NCBI RefSeq assembly: GCF_057098645.1
Contig: NZ_CM169472.1
Direction: 5' to 3' (one strand)
Length of the DNA: 64,000 nt
Part shown: positions 1 through 9,979 of the stretch, in pieces
Position numbering within the stretch: the first letter of the stretch is position 1
Layout of the letters: every line of letters begins with the position of its first letter
Position numbers and translations under genes: made by a program
Notes under the pieces: model-generated
The model's database searches: none
Told to the model about the DNA's origin: nothing
Seen by the model: only the letters and a program-made list of their open reading frames with translations

Positions 1-168
1 CTCCAAATCAGCGTGTTAGTCCACTTTGGTGAAAGATGAGATTTATTTGTCGGCTGGCCTTGAGTTTAGCGGGGTATGTCAGTACTATAACGCGTCATTT
101 TTCAGCCGACCTTTAACACGTTCCTTGCCTCCCCGGGATTCGGCTGACCCAGACAGGAGGCTGAATAA

Positions 169-582
<414 letters not shown>

Positions 583-588
583 TTTCTG

Positions 589-1135
<547 letters not shown>

Positions 1136-1164
1136 TCGGTCACGGTCCATTAATACGACTTTGA

Positions 1165-1626
<462 letters not shown>

Positions 1627-1645
1627 TTCGTTATTCAACGAGACG

Positions 1646-1680
1646 TAAAAACGCCGACCACTGGTCGGCGTTTTGCTTTC
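1646..1680. terminator. bidirectional intrinsic terminator between convergent rplI and yjfZ
   Basis: GC stem cgccgacc/gtcggcg with 4-nt loop followed by T-run. Confidence 0.6.
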
Positions 1681-1696
1681 TATTTTTCGTCAGGTA

Positions 1697-2491
1697 TTAG
1701 TTTCGCAAGTAGATCCATTCACCATTCTCTTGTGTCCATAAGTCAGGATGGTTTGCTGGCGTTAGATACATACGAGCGCAACTGATGTCTCGCTCCTGCG
1801 GCACTCGCTCGAAACCCAAACCCGAGTAGATTGCGGCTGAACTTGATAAGGAACGCAGACCAATTTTCAAATCATGGGGTAAATCAGAATACGCGTTTAG
1901 CAATGCAGCAATGATGAATCCGAGGGCATTAGAAACGCCTGTAACAGTGCGAAGTTGGTCGATATAAAGATCGATTGTTGGTAGTTCAGATGACCAGCAA
2001 TTAGGCATTTGGGCAGGAAGGGTTACAACGTATCCTATCGTTTGGCCGGTATAGTCTGGAGTACCATAACCAGGTCCCAAAACCACTTCGTGTATTGTGT
2101 ATTTACTGTTGGGTTCGAAGGATTCGACATCTTGCAATAAATATTTCAGTTCTGCGGTTAACCTCGCACCCGCGTAAGCTTTATTGTATTTCTGGGCGTG
2201 AATATTATCTAATGTAGCTTCATGGTTCCATCCAAAAGAATTATCACCATTCATTGTTACTCCATCGTAAGCATTACACTTCTTTGCTAACTTATTGAAT
2301 GCTTGCCAGTCTGAGAGATCTAGTTTGTGGATCTCAACAGTACGTCTGCCATCGCAATTATGATCTCTTCCACGATTTGACAGTAATGTAGCGCGTGCGT
2401 ATTGATGAAATTTTAGTTTTGCTGGTTTGTCGGTGGACGAAAAACGAGGTAAATATGCGGGGAATGAATAAATAGTTGTTGGTAATGTCAT
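1697..2491 (-). CDS. yjfZ: uncharacterized protein YjfZ (DUF2686)
   Basis: 264-aa ORF, AT-rich, matches remembered YjfZ length and position after rplI. Confidence 0.82.
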   Translation of the reverse strand: MTLPTTIYSFPAYLPRFSSTDKPAKLKFHQYARATLLSNRGRDHNCDGRRTVEIHKLDLSDWQAFNKLAKKCNAYDGVTMNGDNSFGWNHEATLDNIHAQKYNKAYAGARLTAELKYLLQDVESFEPNSKYTIHEVVLGPGYGTPDYTGQTIGYVVTLPAQMPNCWSSELPTIDLYIDQLRTVTGVSNALGFIIAALLNAYSDLPHDLKIGLRSLSSSAAIYSGLGFERVPQERDISCARMYLTPANHPDLWTQENGEWIYLRN

Positions 2492-2838
2492 TTTATTGTT
2501 GCCTGTTTAATATTTTTACAAATATCGCAGTTGAATGTTCAAAGAAAAAGAATTGATATTAATAAAAATAAGTTTGTTTTCTGAAGTAGTGAAAATAGCG
2601 GATGGTGAAAGATATTAATATCAAAAATCGCTCATTGTGGATATAACGATGCAGCAGGGGAGAAAATGACTTCCACGCCTTACACCGTACATTCTTGTTG
2701 TGCGGTATGTAATTATTCTACGCTGTCGGTATTGGTGTATTCGTTAATCAGCAGGTTAACCAGCCACAAAAAGCCATTGAGAAAATTATTGATTTTACAT
2801 GGAATTATTATATTGCCAATCCTTGTTTTTTAAAAATT

Positions 2839-3057
2839 GTGCATAGTGAAAATCAAAGTAAAGGTGTGCATTATGCAAAATCACAGCGTCTCTTAGAAAT
2901 TACCCATGCGCACTTGCAGTTAATGGAATCCTTATTGGATGAAGGGAAGAAACACAATATTTTTAAGCCAGATATCGACCCATTTCAGGTGAATATTAAT
3001 ATTGCTGCGCTTGGGGGATATTATTTGATCAACCAGCATACGCTTGGCCTGGTTTAT
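2839..3057 (+). pseudogene. ytfA: ytfA 5' segment (TetR-like C-terminal-domain fragment) interrupted by IS200/IS605 element
   Basis: ORF starts with GTG at 2839; reading frame runs into IS left end; joining 2839..3057 to 4802..4909 restores an uninterrupted 108-codon ORF. Confidence 0.6.
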
Positions 3058-3114
3058 CCGGTGCGCCGTAAAACCCCGTCCTTCAGGGCGGGGATATACG
3101 GCGCGGTTTTCCAC

Positions 3115-3527
3115 CTAACCAGGTGTTTGCTGTTGTTCAATGTATTGACGGATGGCGGATATTGGCGCACCTCCGCAGCTACTGGCAAAATAGCCAGGAC
3201 TCCACAAAACGCCTTTGTAGTAATACCTGACTGCAATATCTGGTCGATCTCGTCGCAGTAACCTACCCGATACGCCTTTGAGGCTGTTTACCAGACTGGA
3301 TATCGCCAGTTTGGGAGGATAGTTAATTAACAAACGTGATCTGGTTCGCCATCCATTTCAACCAGTTCAGCTTCAAAATCAGCACATACCTTTGAAAAGT
3401 AAGTGCGTAGTTTTTCTGTCGCGTCATGGTCAAAAATCTGGCGTCGGTATCTGGTGACAAAGACCAGGTGAACATGCATCAGGAAAACACAATGCCTTCC
3501 ACGCCGGATATCGGTTTCTTTTTTCAC
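3115..3527 (-). pseudogene. tnpA: IS200/IS605 Y1 (HuH) transposase TnpA, frameshifted
   Basis: N-terminal frame (3327..3527) has HVHLVFVTRYRR and ends at EPDHV-stop; C-terminal frame (3115..3333) continues LINYPPKLAISS...LWSPGYF...IRQYIEQQ; frames offset by one nucleotide inside the HuH motif. Confidence 0.75.
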
Positions 3528-3549
3528 AGACCAAAATATAATTTGACCC

Positions 3550-4758
3550 GTGAAACGACTACAGGCATTTAAATTCCAGTTAAGACCCGGTGGTCAACAG
3601 GAGCGTGAAATGAGGCGCTTCGCAGGCGCATGTCGTTTCGTTTTCAATCGTGCTCTGGCGCTTCAGAATGAGAATCATGAGGCCGGTAATAAATACATCC
3701 CTTACGGGAAAATGGCTTCCTGGCTGGTTGAGTGGAAAAATGCCACTGAAACGCAATGGCTTAAAGATGCCCCGTCACAGCCATTGCAACAGTCACTGAA
3801 AGACCTTGAGCGGGCTTACAAAAACTTCTTCCGGAAGCGGGCTGCTTTTCCCCGATTCAAAAAGCGGGGACAGAATGATGCATTCCGCTACCCGCAGGGC
3901 GTTAAGCTCGATCAGGAAAACAGCCGTATTTTTCTGCCGAAACTTGGCTGGATGCGCTACCGGAATAGCCGTCAGGTCACGGGTGTTGTGAAAAATGTCA
4001 CTGTCAGCCAGTCCTGCGGTAAGTGGTACATCAGTATTCAGACTGAAAATGAAGTATCAACTCCGGTTCACCCTTCAGCATTAATGGTCGGACTGGATGC
4101 TGGCGTGGCTAAACTCGCCACGCTGTCAGATGGCACAGTCTTTGGGCCTGTAAACAGTTTTCAGAAAAACCAGAAGACGCTGGCGAGACTTCAGCGACAG
4201 TTAAGCCGCAAGGTCAAATTCAGCAACAACTGGCAGAAGCAGAAACGCAAAATACAGCGACTGCATTCCCGTATCGCAAATATCCGCAGGGACTACCTTC
4301 ATAAAGTCACAACGACCGTCAGCAAAAACCACGCAATGATAGTCATTGAGGATTTGAAGGTCAGCAACATGTCAAAGTCAGCAGCGGGTACGGTCAGCCA
4401 GCCGGGGCGCAATGTCCGGGCAAAATCAGGTTTAAACCGTTCGATACTGGATCAGGGCTGGTATGAAATGCGCCGCCAGCTTGAGTACAAGCAGCTCTGG
4501 CGTGGCGGTCAGGTGCTTGCTGTTCCGCCAGCGTACACAAGCCAGCGTTGCGCGTGCTGTGGTCATACAGCGAAAGAAAATCGCCTGTCACAAAGTAAAT
4601 TCAGATGCCAGGCATGTGGATATACAGCGAACGCTGATGTAAATGGCGCTCGTAACATTTTAGCGGCGGGGCACGCCGTTCTTGCCTGTGGAGAGATGGT
4701 GCAGTCAGGCCGCCCGTTGAAGCAGGAACCCACCGAAATGATTCAGGCGACAGCCTGA
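3550..4758 (+). CDS. tnpB: IS200/IS605 accessory protein TnpB (RuvC-like RNA-guided endonuclease)
   Basis: 402-aa ORF (GTG start); RuvC-I GLDAG (D183), RuvC-II IVIEDL (E267), zinc finger CACCGH...CQACG, Ruv[13 protein letters not shown] (D363) all present. Confidence 0.9.
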
Positions 4759-4817
4759 ACGTAGCAGGGATCCACGTCCTTCAGGGCGTGGAGGATGTCA
4801 ACACATCAGTATGGTTT
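4650..4817 (+). ncRNA. predicted TnpB omega-RNA (right-end element RNA): scaffold overlapping tnpB 3' end and RE hairpin, plus about 16-nt guide from the right flank
   Basis: Inference from family architecture: intact tnpB, RE hairpin 4772..4791, IS end at about 4801; guide would be 4802..4817 (cacatcagtatggttt). 5' boundary is a guess. Confidence 0.35.
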
Positions 4818-4909
4818 CACCCCAGGCACTGGAAGCCAGACGTAAGGTCATCAAAGAGACAATCCTTAGCTGGCTTTTGGTTGACCCGTCATCTACCGCG
4901 CACGAATAA
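4802..4909 (+). pseudogene. ytfA: ytfA 3' segment displaced by the IS insertion
   Basis: 35 codons then TAA at 4907..4909, in frame with 2839..3057 once the IS is removed. Confidence 0.45.
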
Positions 4910-5531
4910 AACTGCCATCCGGCTGGCGGGTGAACAGGACCTGTTGATTATTCCCCGTATCAATGGTTAAGCCCGTCACCACGCCGCTGGCGTTCTGGCG
5001 GATTTTCACCATCTGCCCGTTTTGCAAATTACTCAGCGGCTTACCCGCGCCTTCTACCTGCGCCATTGCATAGACATCGGTAGCGGGCAGTCCGTGGTCG
5101 CGGAACAGCTGCGCCATCGTTTTACCGGGTTCGACACGGTAAGAGCGCCATTGATTATCAATTCCGCTATCTGGCTGGAATGGTTGTGTTTGGGTAGTTT
5201 GCGGCTGCTCTTCTGGCTGGCCTTCCTGTATAGGTTCTGGAGCGACCGGAGCCACCTGATCAGGATCATTTTGTGGTGTGACTAATTGCGCCCGCAGCTG
5301 TTCTTCTGTCGGCGGTTGTGATTGTGACTGAATATCTAACTGCGCTTCACGCGTCACCACCGGCGCGTTGGGCGTATCATCAGATGGAAGCAGAAATCCG
5401 ACCACCAATACAATGGCGGCAATAATGATCCCCCGACGATGCATCGGCGGCAGCGGGTCCATGAAGCGAAAATTGTCCGGCGCGTGCCAGACTTTCTCCA
5501 GGGTTGGTTTTAGTTCAAAGCGCCCGGGCAT
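4893..5531 (-). CDS. ytfB: cell-division-associated OapA-domain protein YtfB
   Basis: ORF 4893..5567; start placed at the internal Met giving 212 aa; Pro/Gln-rich linker and C-terminal OapA/LysM-like region. Confidence 0.82.
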
Positions 5532-5749
5532 GGTTTCCTCCTGCTCCGCGTCTTGTTCCTCAATCATAGCCTATGAATAAGCTAACGCTATGATGTCCGT
5601 GGTAAACCCGCCTTTATTATATTCATACGGGATATTGCTATTGTTTCTTTTTCCCCGGGATTTGTCATCATTCCTGCGACAAAGTTTTACCCAAAGAAGT
5701 GTGGCTGATATGCTGCCCGCTACTTTTATACCCTAAGAAAGGAAATACG

Positions 5750-6370
5750 ATGACCACCCCAACTTTTGACACCATCGAAGCGCAAGCAAGCTACGGCATT
5801 GGTTTGCAGGTAGGGCAACAACTGAGTGAATCTGGCCTGGAAGGGCTGCTGCCAGAAGCACTGGTTGCAGGTATTGCCGATGCGCTGGAAGGCAAACATC
5901 CGGCTGTTCCGGTTGATGTGGTGCATCGCGCGCTGCGTGAAATCCACGAACGCGCCGATGCCGTTCGTCGTCAGCGTTTCCAGGCGATGGCTGCTGAAGG
6001 TGTGAAATACCTGGAAGAAAACGCCAAAAAAGAAGGTGTGAATAGCACCGAATCTGGCCTGCAATTCCGCGTGATCAACCAGGGTGAAGGCGCAATTCCG
6101 GCACGTACCGACCGCGTTCGTGTTCATTACACCGGTAAACTGATCGACGGCACCGTGTTTGACAGCTCCGTTGCTCGTGGTGAACCCGCTGAATTCCCGG
6201 TTAATGGCGTGATCCCTGGCTGGATTGAAGCACTGACTCTGATGCCGGTAGGTTCTAAATGGGAACTGACTATCCCGCAGGAACTGGCATATGGCGAGCG
6301 CGGCGCAGGCGCGTCCATCCCTCCGTTCAGCACCCTGGTGTTTGAAGTCGAACTGCTGGAAATCCTCTAA
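5750..6370 (+). CDS. fklB: FKBP-type peptidyl-prolyl cis-trans isomerase FklB
   Basis: 206 aa from [12 protein letters not shown]; FKBP domain motifs in C-terminal half. Confidence 0.93.
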
Positions 6371-6642
6371 GCAGCGCATTCTGTTCCCCTCGAACCAGAG
6401 GGGAGCAGGCATTCAGCAATAAACCCTTCAGTTTGCCAAACGGCGCTATTTTGTGTTGCAAAGACCCCGTAAGCGTGTATTTTTGTGAGCTGTTTCGCGT
6501 TATCACCGTGATATGACACTCACTTTAAACATAAAATTAACATTAGATCTAAATCTTAGTATTCATCCCGCGTATTGTTACCTAATATCGATGAGTCCCG
6601 ATACAGATTCGTCGTATCATAGACTGACTAAAGGCCGTAGAG

Positions 6643-6667
6643 CCTGAACAACACAGACAGGTACAGG
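6643..6667 (+). promoter_or_regulatory. CA-rich element in cycA 5' UTR (candidate GcvB sRNA pairing site)
   Basis: cctgaacaacacagacaggtacagg just upstream of the cycA RBS; cycA is a known GcvB target. Confidence 0.4.
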
Positions 6668-6678
6668 AAGAAAAAAAC

Positions 6679-8091
6679 ATGGTAGATCAGGTAAAAGTCG
6701 TTGCCGATGATCAGGCTCCGGCTGAACAGTCGCTACGGCGCAATCTCACAAACCGACATATTCAGCTTATTGCCATTGGCGGTGCCATTGGTACGGGGTT
6801 GTTTATGGGGTCCGGCAAAACGATTAGCCTTGCCGGGCCGTCGATCATTTTCGTTTATATGATCATTGGTTTTATGCTCTTTTTCGTGATGCGGGCAATG
6901 GGGGAATTGCTGCTTTCGAATCTGGAATACAAATCTTTTAGTGACTTCGCTTCCGATTTACTCGGGCCGTGGGCAGGATATTTCACCGGCTGGACTTACT
7001 GGTTCTGCTGGGTTGTAACCGGTATGGCAGACGTGGTGGCGATCACGGCTTATGCTCAGTTCTGGTTCCCCGATCTCTCCGACTGGGTCGCCTCGCTGGC
7101 GGTGATAGTGCTGCTGCTGACGCTTAACCTCGCCACCGTGAAAATGTTCGGTGAGATGGAGTTCTGGTTTGCGATGATCAAAATCGTCGCCATTGTGTCG
7201 CTGATTGTCGTCGGCCTGGTCATGGTGGCGATGCACTTTCAGTCACCGACTGGTGTGGAAGCGTCATTCGCGCATTTGTGGAACGATGGCGGATGGTTCC
7301 CGAAAGGTTTAAGTGGCTTCTTTGCCGGATTCCAGATAGCGGTTTTCGCTTTCGTGGGGATTGAGCTGGTAGGTACAACAGCTGCGGAAACCAAAGATCC
7401 AGAGAAATCACTGCCACGCGCGATTAACTCCATTCCGATCCGTATCATTATGTTCTACGTCTTCGCGCTGATTGTGATTATGTCCGTGACGCCGTGGAGT
7501 TCGGTAGTCCCGGAGAAAAGCCCGTTTGTTGAACTGTTCGTGTTGGTAGGGCTGCCTGCTGCCGCAAGCGTGATCAACTTTGTGGTGCTGACCTCTGCGG
7601 CGTCTTCCGCTAACAGCGGCGTCTTCTCTACCAGCCGTATGCTGTTTGGTCTGGCGCAGGAAGGTGTTGCGCCGAAAGCGTTCGCTAAACTTTCTAAGCG
7701 CGCAGTACCCGCGAAAGGATTGACCTTCTCGTGTATCTGTCTGCTCGGCGGCGTGGTGATGTTGTATGTGAATCCTAGCGTGATTGGCGCGTTCACGATG
7801 ATTACAACCGTTTCCGCGATTCTGTTTATGTTCGTCTGGACGATTATCCTTTGCTCGTACCTGGTGTATCGCAAACAGCGACCTCATCTGCATGAGAAGT
7901 CGATCTACAAGATGCCGCTCGGCAAGCTGATGTGCTGGGTATGTATGGCGTTCTTTGTGTTCGTGGTCGTGTTGCTGACACTGGAAGATGACACTCGCCA
8001 GGCGCTGTTGGTCACCCCGCTGTGGTTTATCGCACTGGGGCTGGGCTGGTTGTTTATTGGTAAGAAGCGGGCTGCTGAACTGCGGAAATAA
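6679..8091 (+). CDS. cycA: D-serine/D-alanine/glycine:H+ symporter CycA
   Basis: 470-aa polytopic APC-family permease. Confidence 0.95.
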   Translation: MVDQVKVVADDQAPAEQSLRRNLTNRHIQLIAIGGAIGTGLFMGSGKTISLAGPSIIFVYMIIGFMLFFVMRAMGELLLSNLEYKSFSDFASDLLGPWAGYFTGWTYWFCWVVTGMADVVAITAYAQFWFPDLSDWVASLAVIVLLLTLNLATVKMFGEMEFWFAMIKIVAIVSLIVVGLVMVAMHFQSPTGVEASFAHLWNDGGWFPKGLSGFFAGFQIAVFAFVGIELVGTTAAETKDPEKSLPRAINSIPIRIIMFYVFALIVIMSVTPWSSVVPEKSPFVELFVLVGLPAAASVINFVVLTSAASSANSGVFSTSRMLFGLAQEGVAPKAFAKLSKRAVPAKGLTFSCICLLGGVVMLYVNPSVIGAFTMITTVSAILFMFVWTIILCSYLVYRKQRPHLHEKSIYKMPLGKLMCWVCMAFFVFVVVLLTLEDDTRQALLVTPLWFIALGLGWLFIGKKRAAELRK

Positions 8092-8135
8092 CCGCATTAT
8101 CATGCTGGATGGCGCAATGCCATCCAGCTTTTAGA

Positions 8136-8798
8136 TCACTCACCCGCCAGCGCGCGTGGGAACAGTACATTGTTTTCCAGGCTGATGTGATCCATCAGGT
8201 CATCAATCAGTTCATTAATGCCGTTATACATCGCTTTCCAGGTGGTGCAGGCTTCCGGCGGCGGTGTGACGTTATTGGTAGTGTGTTTGATCACTTCCAG
8301 CAGTTCACCCGCTTCATCGTGCTCGCTTTCCATTACGCTGATTGGCCCCATTGCCTGGCTGCCCATGCCTTGTTTGATCATCGGGAAGAGGATCTGCTCT
8401 TCTTTCATCATGTGGCTGGAAAGCTCTTCATGCAGCATAGTCAGGTATTTTGTCAGCCCCTTTGGTACGCTCGGTTTGTCGGCGTGAACGCGCTCGACTT
8501 TAGTCGCTTGCAGGATCAGCTCCGGCAGTTGCTCGCGGTGACGATCGTGGTAGCGCACGATGATATGGTCAATGATTTCTGCCAGCGGGGCGCTACGCCA
8601 GTCTTTCTCAATCGGTTGTTCAGCAAGCTTTGCCAGTTCAGCTTCAATGACCTCAACATCCAGTTCTTTACGTGCCGCCGCACGCGCCAGCGTTTGCTTA
8701 CCGCCGCAGCAGTAATCCATATCATATTTACGAAACAGAGCCGAAGCGCGAGGGATAGAGAGCGCCAGTTCACCTAAAGGTTGGTCGCGATAAGCCAT
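8136..8798 (-). CDS. ytfE: iron-sulfur cluster repair di-iron protein YtfE (RIC)
   Basis: 220-aa [36 protein letters not shown]. Confidence 0.95.
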   Translation of the reverse strand: MAYRDQPLGELALSIPRASALFRKYDMDYCCGGKQTLARAAARKELDVEVIEAELAKLAEQPIEKDWRSAPLAEIIDHIIVRYHDRHREQLPELILQATKVERVHADKPSVPKGLTKYLTMLHEELSSHMMKEEQILFPMIKQGMGSQAMGPISVMESEHDEAGELLEVIKHTTNNVTPPPEACTTWKAMYNGINELIDDLMDHISLENNVLFPRALAGE

Positions 8799-8824
8799 AG
8801 CTGATACCTCATTTTTAATAAGAT

Positions 8825-8847
8825 AAGATGTATTTTAAATGCATCTT
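8825..8847. promoter_or_regulatory. NsrR operator in ytfE promoter
   Basis: Palindrome aagatgtattttaaatgcatctt 27 bp upstream of the ytfE start codon, matching the known NsrR consensus. Confidence 0.65.
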
Positions 8848-8905
8848 TAAGGCAAAAGCTATAACCCTTACGTAGCAGAGGCTTATTTAACTCACTGCCA
8901 GCGTG

Positions 8906-9880
8906 TCAACTTTCTGAGACAGATTCAGTTAAAGGTTTTTCTGGTTTTGCTCTGACCGCGATGACCACGCCAATCACTAACAGCGCGATACCGCTCAGCG
9001 TCATTAGCGGCGGCATTTGCTGGCGGAGTAAAAAGGTGTACAGCAAACCTGCCAGCGTTTCGAAAACAATCAGCGGCCCGAGAATCACTGTCGGTAATCG
9101 CTGGCTGGCGACGTTCCAGCAGAGTGCGCCAACCCATGAGCAAAGCACGGCTATCGCAATCATCAGACTAATAAACACCAGCGGACGGGGGCCAAAGGGT
9201 AGGGAGAAGTCCGGCGTTTGCGTATTCAGCCAGTAACAAGCGACGAGATAGCCGATAAGTGAAACCGGCAGTGTGACCAGCGCCTGCGCTGTTGCCCACA
9301 TCATCGGATGTTTGTCGGGATTTTCCCGCAACCAGCGGGCGTTGCGCAGGGCATACCACGCCCAGCAGACCACGGAAACTAACGCCAGCACGATGCCAGA
9401 GGTATAACGTGCCCAGTCAAAATCGGGGAGTCCGTGGTTTAACTCAGCAATATTCACACACGCCAGGCCGATGCCAATACAAATCAGTGCCGGGGCGAGT
9501 TTTCCCCACGCGAGTTTGCCGTCGCGCTGGCTATAAAGCAGATTGGCAAAGACAGGAATCACCACCGGCAGGGTGCCGATAATCATCGTGGAAACAGGCG
9601 CGCCAGTACGTTGAATGGCACTGGCAAGGCAGAAGTAATAAATGAGGTTGCCCATCATAGTGAGCATCAAGGCGGTAAGCCAGTCCCGACGCGCCAACTG
9701 ACGCAGACGCACGCGTCCCAGCCAGGCAATGGGCAGCGCAATTAACCCTAACGCCAGATAACGCCCCATCGACTGCAACATCGCCGGGTATTCCGGTACG
9801 ATCAACGGCCCGACAAAAATAAGCCCCCACATCAACCCTGCTAACAGGGCGTACAGCACGCCGCTAATCATTACTGGCAT
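8906..9880 (-). CDS. ytfF: EamA/DMT-family inner membrane transporter YtfF
   Basis: Hydrophobic 10-TM-like ORF; true start may be the Met at 9871. Confidence 0.85.
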   Translation of the reverse strand: MPVMISGVLYALLAGLMWGLIFVGPLIVPEYPAMLQSMGRYLALGLIALPIAWLGRVRLRQLARRDWLTALMLTMMGNLIYYFCLASAIQRTGAPVSTMIIGTLPVVIPVFANLLYSQRDGKLAWGKLAPALICIGIGLACVNIAELNHGLPDFDWARYTSGIVLALVSVVCWAWYALRNARWLRENPDKHPMMWATAQALVTLPVSLIGYLVACYWLNTQTPDFSLPFGPRPLVFISLMIAIAVLCSWVGALCWNVASQRLPTVILGPLIVFETLAGLLYTFLLRQQMPPLMTLSGIALLVIGVVIAVRAKPEKPLTESVSES

Positions 9881-9979
9881 CCATTGGTCTGTCAGAAGAA
9901 ACGTTCAGGAAGCAGACATGATTGCTCCCGGCATCCCGTCATTATCAGAGAGGATGCGGGAGGATGCCACTTTAATTAA

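Larger units (their letters stand above)
3058..4801 (+). mobile_element. IS200/IS605-family insertion sequence (IS609-like), divergent tnpA(frameshifted)/tnpB, no target duplication
   Basis: Subterminal hairpins near both ends: LE ccccgtcc-ttca-gggcgggg (3074..3093, nested in gcgccgta/tacggcgc 3063..3104) and RE ccacgtcc-ttca-gggcgtgg (4772..4791) 10 nt before a TCAA end; HuH transposase and TnpB ORFs between; ends inferred +/-3 bp. Confidence 0.75.

Noticed and set aside
3327-3333. Programmed ribosomal frameshift in tnpA
   Set aside because: There is no slippery heptamer or downstream structure at the frame junction, and IS200/IS605 TnpA is normally a single ORF; a mutational frameshift is the simpler reading.
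5726-6412. 228-aa minus-strand ORF
   Set aside because: Antisense to fklB.
8109-8777. 222-aa plus-strand ORF
   Set aside because: Antisense to ytfE.
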